Assembly: GCF_000181795.1 (NCBI RefSeq)
Contig: NW_003526945.1
Span: 6,288,394 to 6,352,393 of the forward strand
Origin: Trichinella spiralis
Taxonomy: Eukaryota
Direction: 5' to 3'
DNA length: 64,000 nt
Shown here: one piece after another, positions 12,975 to 25,427 of the stretch
How the letters are laid out: the number at the start of each line of letters is the position of its first letter
Numbering within the stretch: the stretch's first letter is position 1
The notes under the pieces: generated by a model
Told to the model about the DNA's origin: nothing
Seen by the model: the letters and a program-made list of their open reading frames with translations, nothing else
Databases searched by the model: none
Program-made: the position numbers and the translations under genes

Positions 12975-13397
12975 ATCATTTCTTTTCATTCATCTAATTT
13001 CTTATGCATTTTTAAATTAGCTTTTTATATTTTATCAAAAGCATACGTTTATCATTATCACCTCATTTTATAAAAGCCGTAGAAATGAACATTTTTGCAT
13101 TTTAAAGTAAGTATATTTATACAGTAGAATTTTTTGCATTTTTAATATACGAGAATAAACATATTCAATTGAATAAAACTGAATTGAAAGTTTTCTGTTG
13201 AACATTAGTTATCTTAGCACCAGTAAATAAAGGATGAACGTATTCTATGTTCATTGCTAACAGCTTTTCAAGGAAAAAATAATGTTTATTTCATTCATTC
13301 ATTTCACAACAACATTTCTTCTGTATGTCATCAATATGAAAAAGAAACATGTGTAAAATTTGAAAATAAAATTACATTTCACATTTGAAAATGTTTA

Positions 13398-15040
13398 TCA
13401 GCAAATTTTCGAGATGATGCCACGTTGTTGTTTTAAATCAAATCTGTTGCGGATGCAGCTTCGATTTTGTGAGTTTAAGATATTTCGATACTTCGTCGAA
13501 ATACTTTTTCATTACATTCTGCTTTTTGCTGTACAGATTGAAATATATACCAATCACAATCACTATTCCACCAAGAAGATAGCTTAAAAATGTCAGTTGT
13601 AAAATAATTTTAACATCAGATTAAATTTAAACGTTGCTCGAACCGGTATGTAAAAGGCTTGGAAAATAAGATAAACGAAAGGCATACAGTAATCACTTTA
13701 CGGAATGTTGTCACTGTGATTGCGACCAAAGCGTCAAAACCGTTGATCAGAGTCAAAATGACTTGAACGCCGAAATACGAACACACTGCAAACAAGAGCA
13801 TATCCCGCATAATAAGAGGATTCTAAATGAAAACTACAAATAAGAAGTTCAATGAAGCAATGCCTACTTGAAACAACTGTTAATTACTTTTAAAGTAAAT
13901 GATATACCAGCAATCAAGTTACCATTAAGTGCGGTAAAGAATGCGCTGTAGAGAAATGCAATTGAATAAGTATACGCCATCTGTAAATATGACATTTATC
14001 TCTCAGAAAACATATTATCAGTTAAATCGGATAAATAATAAAATCTTTAGCATGAAATTTACAATTTCGTTATTCTCAGGTGCGTACATTCGCATCGATG
14101 CTTCTTGTAAATTGCCAATCACGGCGTCAGAAAACAGTGCCATGCCGACGCATAGAAAACCTCAAATTGATATTCTATTAGTAATTTTCACTTGATAAAT
14201 TGATTTACTTGTTTATGCAATTTATATTTTCACATCACCTGTAGAATTGAATTCTGGGTTTACAGCTGCGTCCGCTAAAGAAAACATAATCAGCCCAACT
14301 GTCATGAGCAAAACTGCAATGTAATCATATACAGAATATCGTTTGCCTAAAATAGTTAAATGTACAACATTATATTTACAATTTCTTAATCTCAAACAAT
14401 GTATGCAAATAGGTATAACAATTTTGCCTTTTAGCATGTGTAAATTTAAACATGTTAAGTAAAAAATGTTCTACCCTGAATCAATATACCGCCTATCATG
14501 ACAGGAATCAGTTTGCAACTTTTGAAAACAACTTGCGTTGGATAATTTAAATATCCAACTGCAGCATTGGAAAATCCAATTGTTCCAAACGATGCCAACG
14601 ACAAGACGAAGTAAATTTTCAATGGAGTACTGAAAGAATACGGCTTTATTGAAAGCTGCTAATTCTTAGAAATTTCAACTAACCATCGTCTGCGTTTTGA
14701 CAAGCAATTTCGCTCGACAATACCAAAAATTGCCATGATAAAAAACTGGACCGTAGTTAAGTAAAAGCCGAGCGTTCTGAACCCATCAACGGTGAACATC
14801 TTCTCCTAAATTGTTCTCGTTCGAACCAAATAAACAGTATGCCAAAAAAACACTGACTTGCAAAATTCCATAAATCAAATAAAGCAGAAAAACTGCGCTG
14901 GCACAAAGTATAAATTGAAATTCTCGACTGAGGAAACCGATGTCCACATTGAATAGTCGAAGTTCTTTTCTGGGATGAGAACTTTGATTTTCTTCCAACT
15001 TCGTTAAGTCAATCAACACATCAAACCCTTTCTCAGTCAT
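13398..15040 (-). CDS. SLC35B3: PAPS transporter 2 (SLC35B3 / pst-2), multi-exon nucleotide-sugar transporter
   Basis: Motifs FLLYLIYGILQE, SNAAVGYLNYPTQVVFKSCKLIPVMIGGILIQGKRYSVYDYIA, DAVIGNLQE, FDALVAITVTTFRKVITVCLSFILFSKPFT, GIYFNLYSK. ATG 15040, TGA 13400-13398. Confidence 0.93.
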
Positions 15041-15903
15041 GCAAAAATGGTTTATTCTAAACTTTTTATAATTAAACCAACATAAATACAACCAAATACT
15101 GTGAAAGCAATATTGCAACTGGCAAAAAAAACAACAGAAAAACTTTTTTCAATTACGGTAAGAAAGTGAAAGTTAAGTTGCATTTTAAGTACTAAAAAGT
15201 ATCCCCTATGAGATGATATAGTAGATTTATTTTCCTATTTGGAATATATCAAAAATTAAGACATTGTTATTACTGTTAAGTAATAATCATGAAATTTAAT
15301 GTCATGCGCAGCACTTATCAACAGAGATAGGCGCATATGCAAAATATGACTAGGGGCATTTGAATTAATTAAACATATAGTATTTACATTAGTATATTTT
15401 TTAAAGTTTCTTTTTATAAAAAATTGAACGAAAATTATGTTCTGTTTTTACAAATAGTGATAAAAGCCTTTTTTGGCTGTGCAATCTGTATATATTACTA
15501 TTATTGCACCTTTATTTGTAAATTAAATTTATTTCTCTTGAATTATTCATGACTTGTATTCTTTTCTGAATTTTAATTACTATTAATGCAACATTTCATA
15601 GCGTACTTTAAGCATTGTACAGCACTGTAAGCAATGTAAATGATAATAAATGTGCACTTAAATATCATTCTGCACACTTTGCATAGAATAAAAGGAGGGA
15701 TTCAAGGATACAACGGTTCCTTGAATTGATGAACTTAAATAATTGCTTTTTTTAAATGTATAAAATGAAATATTTTACAAATGACAAGACAATCACAAGC
15801 AGAAGGGAGAACTAGTGAAGTTTACCCGAAGGCTTTCACACGCTGAAAAGTAAAAATCATAGCTAACAATTAATTAATTAATTTGGAAAACGGAATCAGC
15901 AGG

Positions 15904-18900
15904 CTATTTAGGTCTGGCGAGGGTGCAGGTGACGCAGCAGCGTTGCCTGTACTCAGTTGATTCACACATGCCGAGCATATTCACCACAGGGCAATACTTT
16001 GAAGAGTCAGTACAATTTGGAATGCCTAAATTGGATATAATATCATTCATTGTTTACAAATATAAAATGCAGCATTGCGCATAAATGTGAACAGAAGTAA
16101 ATTTATATTTTTTTTTATTTGAGTGAAATTTACACGCACTCAGACACACAAACACAAGCACATGAATATTTCTATCTGATGAGAGAAGCACATAATCTAT
16201 CACCATAAATGATAAAATCAAACATAGAATAATGACGTATAGTACAGTTCTGTTCATTTATGGGGCATGCAAAAATTCGCGTTAAACATTTTAAATAAGC
16301 TATAAATGTTTTCTAGGCCAACCTCGAATTCGATTCCAGTCATTCTGCTTATCTTCGTCACTGCAAGGAGGAATGGGATCACAGATTCGGCTAATGGCTG
16401 GCCTAAGACTACTGCTGCAACTGCTTCCGGCAGGTTTGTGAGTTTTATGCCAAACGCAATTCACAACACGCATTTGAATTCCATGTTCACCGCATGTTTT
16501 GGAACACTGTATGCAGAGAAGATGGAACCCTCTATCGTGCAATCTGTCACGTCTAATTAACTTACCGGAAGCCATTCACCAGCTCTCCATTCAGCAACGC
16601 AATTTTTATTGAAGCATTCTTTTTTCATTTTGGGTCTTGTGTTTCGGTTGCAAACATTTCCACGATTAGCACGAGTACCGTTGGCAAACTTGCAATATAC
16701 GTTGCGTCGTTGTATAGCAGTGGAAAAGCGAATACAACGTGAATCGGCGCACTAAATTCAACAACGATTGCATGGTTTAATTTTAAATTGAAATGGTGAA
16801 AATTTTGTTCACCTCGCTCCATTCTTCCACAAACCATTCCGGACATTGTTCCATGCCGCAAAATTGTGTTTCGTAGGGTTTGTTGGATTTCGCTTCAACG
16901 CAAATTTTATCATCCACATAACTTGACCAGCCGTCCAATTCGATTTTACACTGAACGCTGCGAAACTAAAAAAAATTTTACAAATTCATCAGTTTCGTTT
17001 GTGATTGGTAAGATTTGTCTGAAATTTTACATACTTGCATTCCGGCGCTCGACTCACTCTGACATGTTTTTGAACAAGGGGACCAAGCTCCGGTCATCCA
17101 GTCAAATCGAACCAACGCTAAACTGTTACTGTCTTGTAGCACATTGTACAGATGCATAGCGCCCCGACTTTTTAAATTTTCTTTCAATTCCTGAACATAT
17201 ATGAAATTAATTGATAAAATTTATCAATTAATAAATTCAGCACTTCGAATAAAGTGCCTCGAATAAGATAGTCGACACTGCGATCTGAAATCCCATCGTC
17301 ACCTAATTGACCGTCAGGTATAGCGATTGACTCATCAATACGATTTGTCAAAATTGATGATGATGATAAACTGCTAAAGTTTAACGTATTATTATTTGCC
17401 CATTTGATCAAATCAGTGTTGTAGGTATCCCATTCGGGAAGGCCGGAAAGAATTTTCGTGTCATTGTGACTTGAAACAGCACCGGCGTTTATCACAGGTT
17501 TTTGTTTGCGTGCGTTGGTATCAGCAGTGCCACTACCTTTGACTCCGTATTTTCTTGGTTTAAATATCAGTGTAATATTACGCATCTGATCACCAGAACG
17601 GCATGTATAGACACCGGCATCTTTGTACATTGCATGGTTGATTCGAAGCGCTCCATTTTTAGAAATCTGTATGCGATCTAAATAATATTGCATAGTTCCA
17701 TTATCGTCCGTTAACAGTTGATAAACATTTCACGGTAAAGTAAAATTTATTATGCATTTTTAAATTCATCATTTAATATTTAATGATTTTTCTCTCTACA
17801 ATTGTCTAATGTACATAATTAATAAATCATTGTCTTGCTTAAATCTAAATTCAATAGATCATATTTGCTTGCTATTTCAAAAGAGGACGTGTTAATTTAA
17901 GTTTTAATTTGAACATCTTGCAATTTGTTGAAAATGTTGCTTGGATGTGATGCATTTTATTTTAATTTAAACTGCATATATTTCAGCCATTAAACGAGAG
18001 TCCACTTCTAATTATGCGCATATAATCCAAGTAAAAGTACTCCAGTGTTAAATGGCATTAGCACAAATGAAATCGAATAACAAATTTTATCGGAAATTTA
18101 CCTATATATGCATGATGGAAAATGTAATATATGCAAAGTAGTTAAGCTGATAGATTTTGAAAATACCATGCAAAGCGTTGCGCTGACATGTTTGGCAAAC
18201 TGCGAACAAGAAATGCTTTTTTCTGAAAAATTTGAAGCTTTTCAAGAAAATTTTGTATTAACTTAGCACATCCCTTGACATTTCATTGGACAAATTGCGA
18301 CGAAGTTAAATAAACTGCTCAATTGATGGTTAGTTGATCACTGTGCGCTCTGATTAGTGCCGCATAAAGCATTTGAATCTATTGCAACTGCAGGCTCTCT
18401 AGAGGCTACATTAAAACAGACAGATTTCTGCTGCCATCTAAGAAAAATCAGTAAATTGATCCACACAATTGGTCAGTCATTTTGGCAATCAATGGCTGGC
18501 TAATTTTTAAATAGAATCTGATCAATACCGGAAGACAGAATGTGCTGCAATGAACTTTTCAAAACTTGGCACTCTAGACTCAAAGAAACATTTCTAATAT
18601 GGATTCGATATTGTTCAAAGTACAAGTATAGTTATTTGCGTAAAATTTCAAGCGATTTTTACTCAATCGACAGATACACTTACTGTCATAGCGAATAGGT
18701 AATTTGTCCTTCGTCCATTTAATTGGTGAGTCTTTGGTTCCTCCAGTTGGGCACTTGATTTTCAAGTTAGTTCCTTCAAACAAAGTTGCACGGCCTCCTA
18801 CGCGTAGTGTAAGTCTTCGCCTTGTCGATTTTGTTAGATGGCTCATCGATTTGTTGTTTATTGTGGATAATATTGGCCTTGGCTTTCCAAATGGACAAGA

Positions 18901-21900
18901 ACCTCAATAAAGATTTATACTAAAAATAATTTTTTAACGTGACATTTAATCTACCTTGTAAGCTACAAAGCTGAATTGTCGGGGGTTTTGTCAAATTTGC
19001 ACAAGGCGTAGGTGGATCATAGCGGCGTAATTCTCCACCAACCATTGTTTGCTCACATTCAATTGCTCTGTATTGTTCTCCTGGACCGCATGTGACTGAA
19101 CACTGTAATATTACAGCAGTAAGTTTATTTTCAGTAATAATTTATAAATTAAATTGCATTTCATGCAAGCTATTTCACATTATGAATCATCACTTGCTAA
19201 ATTCTTAAATATGACATATAAAAAAAGAGGTATGAAGCACATTTACTGTAAAGCATAAGCAAAAAACATTGTATTTTATTTTATATTACATATAAATAAT
19301 AACTTTTTATTTACAAATTTTCAATAATTAATAAAGTGGATCTTCTTTAACAATTAAAAGTGGGAAAATGAAACTTTGTTAGTTATTTCTTTTTGCAGTC
19401 AAGAAAGATAGCAATGGCGTATCATATCACGACAAGTGTTCGATTTTCGCTCAATTTCGAAACGCAGTTACTTTTAAAATACGCTTGACAGTGCACCAAG
19501 CTCAATAAATCAGCAGAATTTACATTTTAATACGCAGCGGCTTGTTTCCACTTTTTAAGCATGTTTTAAATTGCTTCACTTTTATGATGGAAAAAGCTGT
19601 AAGTGCTATAGTTTGAAAATTACGGTAAAACCCCTTTGGAAAATACAACTAAAAGAACATTTAAAAAATTCATTTTCTTGCAACTTGACGTTTTTCTTCA
19701 ATTTCCAGCTTTATGATTTTTATAAATGCCACTGTCACACATTTTAAAAATTAAGAATGTGAATTTGACTCAAAATTTTAGTTCTGAGCATTAAATTTAC
19801 ACACTGGACATTTAATATAAAATATATTAATATGGAATATTCTAAAATGTTCAAAAATCAATAAAAAATTTGGAAATATAATTAAAAATAGAAAGCATTA
19901 TGTTTAACTTGAACGTGTATGCAAAAAAAATTTTTTTTTTAATTTATCTGTCGCGTTAAATCTGTTTAATGTAAATTTTCAATTTATTTCATTTATAAAG
20001 CTTGGGCGTGAATATTTACATTTCGAAGCAACGATAAATGTAAATAGCATGAAATTTGCATTTATTAACTCAACATGCATAGCAGGTAACCTGCTTTTAT
20101 AATAATGTATAATTTTGGTCTGAATGTATTTACAGCACTATTCAATTATGGGTCGACAATGATGCTTTAAAAATGATGCATTTACATTTCGTCTTTTATA
20201 TTTCAACGTTACATATTTTTATTTACTTTTTTGTTTGCAGCAGCTGAAATGTCTAGGTAAGCACTATCATAAAGTACTTTGAATTATAATATTTACATTA
20301 TTATTAACTTACTTCACTCCATGGACCAATCGTCCAATGGGGCGGACAGTTTTCCATTGCACACGCTTGTCTCCCAATAGGTTTAGGAGAAGGACACTGT
20401 GATTCTGGCAATATTAGCGTGTTAATAAGATTTGCGACGCGGTTTATGGCTCGAATGCAACGTATGCGACGTGTTTTTACGCCTCCACCACAACTATGAC
20501 TGCAAACTGACCAACGACCAACCTTAAATACGATGTAAAGTTATTATATAACAAATTTAACAAACAAAATTTTTTTACCTCCCATTTTGGTGGACAAGGA
20601 TGGCTGTTACATGGCCTGGTCATGTTAGCAGGTCTTTGCTTAGGATTGCAATTAGACCAAGCGGTTTCTGTATCTGTAGGTATATGAATGCATCTTAACG
20701 AAGCTACTTGCTGTCCTAAATAAAAAGGAGTTAATCTTTTTAAAGTTAAAATTACATGGAAACAAACCGCCAAGACAAGATGTTGAACATTGTCCCCATT
20801 CACCAATATCCCAACGATATTCATTAAAAGATGGCTTTAAATCAGGATTATGAGGAGATAAACTTTGCAGCATTTGTGGGCATGCTTTCAGTTCACATGG
20901 CTGAAATTCTTGTGGCTTTGCAGCAGCTAAAGAACTATACAATACTAAAGTGTAATGCGACGTCGTGATCATTTACATTCGCATTCATAGTCTGGGAGAA
21001 CTGCGAGATTTTGAGTTATCAACTGAAAAGCAACACATTGCACTTCTCGAGTTTGCACTCCTGGACCACACGTGGCGCTGCAAGGTTTCCACAAGCCCGG
21101 AGCCCAACTAACAAAGCAAAAATCGCTCATAAAATTTCATAAACACCCTAATGCTTCTGTAATGTAGTGCGTAATAAAAATTAAAATGAAGATTATATTT
21201 AAAAATAACTTATATATGACAAAAAATAGCATTTAACAAATCTAGAAGATATTTTTAAAAAATATGAATAAATTAATTTTAAACAACATAATACCTTGGT
21301 TTGGGACTGAGTTGATTTCCAGTATATACACTGCCCTTATCAAGTTGCATGAATGGCTTTGAAATTGCAGTTCGATAACGTTCATAGTCAGCAACTGAAA
21401 ATGTTACCATTTACGTACTTGGAACTCACTATTTATTTGTAAAACAGACGCTGATTTTTTTCTGCTTCTTCACAAGATATTCCAACAGAACATTCTTGCT
21501 TTTCAGTTGGCATCTTCTTAGGATCACATGCAAAACTGCTAAAATCTTTGATTTTATCTTGTCGGCAAGCAATCCTGCGATATTGCATGCCTTTGCCACA
21601 GGTTGCTGAACACTGAAAAATTTTTTTAAATTTACTTTATGTTTGTTGAACTAGCATAAATATAAAATATACGAAAATTTACCTGCGACCATTCCCCTAC
21701 TTCCCACACAGGACAGTTTTGAGTGTTGCATCTTTGACGGTCAACAGGCTTTCTTTTTCTCCAGCAGTAACCATCCTCCATGTAACGGATTTCCAACTTC
21801 CCCTCTGTGCTATTGTAATGCTCAGCACAAAATACTTCCCTTTTCTGCCATCCTCCATCACAAGGCGCATCACATTCTTCCCATTTACCAGTAACCCAAC

Positions 21901-24900
21901 TAAAAAATGTTAAGCATTGAGGAAACTTTCAATTATTTCGAAAAAAATGCATTTTCAAAAAATCAAGCATTTCAAAACAATTATGGCTAATGTCAAGTCT
22001 TAAAAATGTTTTACCCTATTTTTCGCTTTAATTTATGTGACCAAGCTTCCGCCTGGAGAAAAATAAAAAAGGTGAGAATGAACAATCGCATTATGGCTAG
22101 TTAAAGCAATGCAGCAGCTGCGTGTCGTGCTGCGGTCTTTTGTCCGTATGAAGAGATGCTTTATTGGAGGAACAAGTTTATTGAAATCATCATTCCATCG
22201 CGAGAAGTGGTCATTAAGAATTTTAAGACCTGCCGTGCCGCTAGTGAATAAGTAGCTGTGTGACATGGGCAAACTCTCAATTGATAGCCGTTATTTTCCA
22301 ATATGCACCGTGACAGGGAATGTAAATTTCAAGCGGATTGAAATCTCGATATTTTCATGTTTTCATAATGAGAAAATAAGAAATATTCCGATAAAGACAA
22401 TCAATCAATTGACGATCTGTCTTTAGACCAATTGAAAATGAATTAGCTTTCGCTTTCAGAAGTGCATCACGGGAAACGAGAGTCTAATTTCAAATAATGG
22501 TTAAATCACATTGTTATGTACACTTTAACGTCTGCATAACGAGCATTTCCCTAATGGATAAGCTGAAGAATTTTGATTGAAGCACGAATCTAGATATTTG
22601 CTTCATTGATGTTTCTCATCTCAAAAGCACTAGAAGACGACCTTAATAAAAACAATCATTGCTTCTTACTCTGCAGGGCAAGGCACGTAAAGACATCTTT
22701 CGAGAGACGGTCTAGGGCGTTGCTTGTCTGCGCAATAAAATTCAGACACTACTTGATCTGTTTTTACATTGACGCATACAGATATTGAAATGCGCCAACC
22801 TGTTGGGAGAGAAAAAAAATGTAAATAACACATTATGAATGCTACAAATTTTGCAAACTTTTACCGTCTGCACCACAAACTCTATCACATTCTGAAAATT
22901 GTCCGGTCTCTTTCCAGTTGTATGACGGGCGCCCACAGGATGTCCCATTTCCATCACATATGCCGCAGTCGTCTAATTTTTTTCCTGAATTGACAATTCC
23001 ATCGCAGCCAACTAACTGGAATTTTTAAAAATAAAGCAAATGCTTAGCATAAAATACGTTTTTCTGACATTTATGATGCAGTGAAAATTTAATAGGGATT
23101 ACTGTACATGCTGTACACTTGAATTTGTTTTTCAGATCTTGAAGTCGTAAAATTTTATTCACTGTAAACTGATAAAATATTTGAGGTTAATTCCCTTTTT
23201 GATGTGTCATTTCGGCATTAACTGCTACCGCCTATTGATTGACACGTTAAAAAATATGTAATAAAACAAACCAATTATTTTTATGTGTGTTTATGGGTAA
23301 AGTTTTAAATTGCAGATATTTCACTCGTTTATACCAATGGAAAATAATATGATTCTGATATTTGAACATTCTATTTTGATACGTAAATATTTAAATAAAT
23401 TGAAAATTCACGAAACAAATTTTAAAAAATGAGCATTTGCATAGAACGTTTATGCATTGAGTTAACTGTGTACTTTAACACTGCCTTTGGTAAATAATAC
23501 TGCAAAAAAGTTTTGGCTTTTTCTTAATTTAAAGCAAATATTTGCAGTAAAAGTATACTATCTGTAAAATGATAAAACATTTAAACGTACATTTCATCAT
23601 TGAGTTGTAGTATGCAAAATAAGTAATTATTTAAACAGTTGTTTGAAATACTAATATAACAAGGCAATGCACTTAGTTAAAACGATTAACCATATTATGC
23701 ATGTAGCAATTCTAATTATACAGGCAAATGATCATCAAACGTGAAAAGAAACATATGTTTTATTTTCTGCTTTAAGATATGAGTATTAATTATAATAATA
23801 TTAATAATAATATATAATTATAATAATATGATAATGAATAATCTTATTATTATTAGGTTTCTTGAGCAAAATTTTGTTGTTATTAAAAATAATTACTTTA
23901 TAGAACTTTTAATTGTGCACTTAATTAAATTTTTTACAATTACACGCAAAATGCATCATTAGCAAAGAATGTGCTTTCCTGATTTTTTGCCCTGCAATAT
24001 TTGCTGCAAAAAATGAGGTAAATAAATAAATATAGTTATTGAAATGACGTAAATGCATAAAATAACTTTTATCTTGTTATCACTTTGCTATTTGACGTCA
24101 TTTTTAGCCTTAAAATCAAATGTCGTTTCTGTGATAAGGTTACTTCAAAATAGGAATTAGAAAAGCTGTTGTATGAAAAATAAAAATTACTTTTCTTGAG
24201 AATATTACTTTTCAGCCAAGTTAAATTAAAATCAAGTCAACTTTTCAAGCTGCTTTATGTGCAATAAAATTGAAAAGTGCAGCAGAAAATAAAGAAAATA
24301 AACCTAAAATGCATGTTTAGAAATTTAAACGTGAGCAAGTTCAATTATGTAATGGTGGAATAAGCAAAAACTGAAAATTAATTAATTAGTGAAATAAAAC
24401 TTTAAAGTTTCAAATATTAAAAGCCCTAGAAATATCCATCAATTGGCAAAAAATCTGAACATCAGCAGTGATACCTCATCATAAAGCTTGAACTGTTAGA
24501 ATTAGCCGTTAATAAAAGATTAACTTACAAGACATTTTCCATCTATACACACGTAGTTGTCATTGTGAAAACACTGCACTCCATCAGTGACTTTTTCTTG
24601 AAATTTTACAGTCAGTCCGTACATTTGGGCTCGACATATTAACGCACAGGGATTTCTTGGGGATTCTACAGGTTCCCAATGATCAATTATAGAACCTCTA
24701 TATGGGACAGAATCGAATTCTGCACACTTCTCTTGTCGATAATTACTTTTCTTTTTTCCACATTGCTGAACAAGTAGTATTACATTAAAAATAAGTAGCA
24801 TTCCAAAATAGAATTTACATGTATACCTGCTTATTGCATAGACAATGTTGAATACCAAGTCCGCTGCAAATATCACCGAAGCATCGGCGCAACCGATAGC

Positions 24901-25427
24901 GCACTCCACCGTCACAACTGCGACTGCATGAAGACCATTCAGACCATTTAGACCAGCCAGCTATTTTTACTGATACCGATGGAGCCTGTAGCAAATTGAA
25001 TGTTACCGGATTTTTTTAAAATTATTTTTGATTTTATAGTTTAAATTTGTATACATATATAATTTGTTAGTGGGGTTTCAAAATCAAAACATCATCATAT
25101 TTTCTGTTTTGTAATTAGAAACTGTAAGAAAAGCATTAACTTTCAGTATTTAAAGCAATTTAATAATCGTGAAATAGTATCAGTTAAAATATGAGTGCTG
25201 AAAGAAATTTATTAAAAGTAGGCTTGACAGAGAATTCCATTGCTCACCTTTAAATTATCAGAAAGTGCAGCAGATTTGTTCTTTGATAAAGTATTTGCAT
25301 CCTTAAAAAATAAGTTTAATTGAAATGAAAGAATATTATAAAAATTTTTTTCAAATACCAAAGCTTTTTCTTTTGCAAAAACAAAAAGGCACAAAAGTAT
25401 CAGTTCCAGCTTCATCAGGCAAGTCAT
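15904..25427 (-). CDS. madd-4: ADAMTS-like secreted protein MADD-4/punctin (ADAMTSL1/3 type), long isoform, ~20 exons
   Basis: Signal peptide exon 25427-25359; TSP1 (WSKWSEWSSCSRSCDGG); ADAMTS Cys-rich module (RQEKCAEFD..NPCALIC..VTDGVQC..CIDGKC..VGCDGIVNSGKKLDDCGICDGNGTSC); about eleven TSP1 repeats in total; one Ig domain (VGGRATLFEGTNLKIKCP..W..DAGVYTC); C-terminal PLAC (CTDSSKYCPVVNMLGMC..YRQRCCVTC). No metalloprotease domain seen. Confidence 0.9.
22015..22091 (-). CDS. madd-4: Candidate alternative first coding exon of a short madd-4 isoform
   Basis: ATG 22091 encodes MRLFILTFFIFLQAEAWSHKLKRKI-G, a signal peptide with an A-x-A site. It ends at a phase-2 GTAAAA donor that fits the phase-2 acceptor of the exon starting at 21899. 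Confidence 0.75.

Noticed and set aside
12555..12989. 144-aa antisense ORF overlapping the EME1-like gene
   Set aside because: Typical shadow ORF of a coding strand; no motif or splice support.
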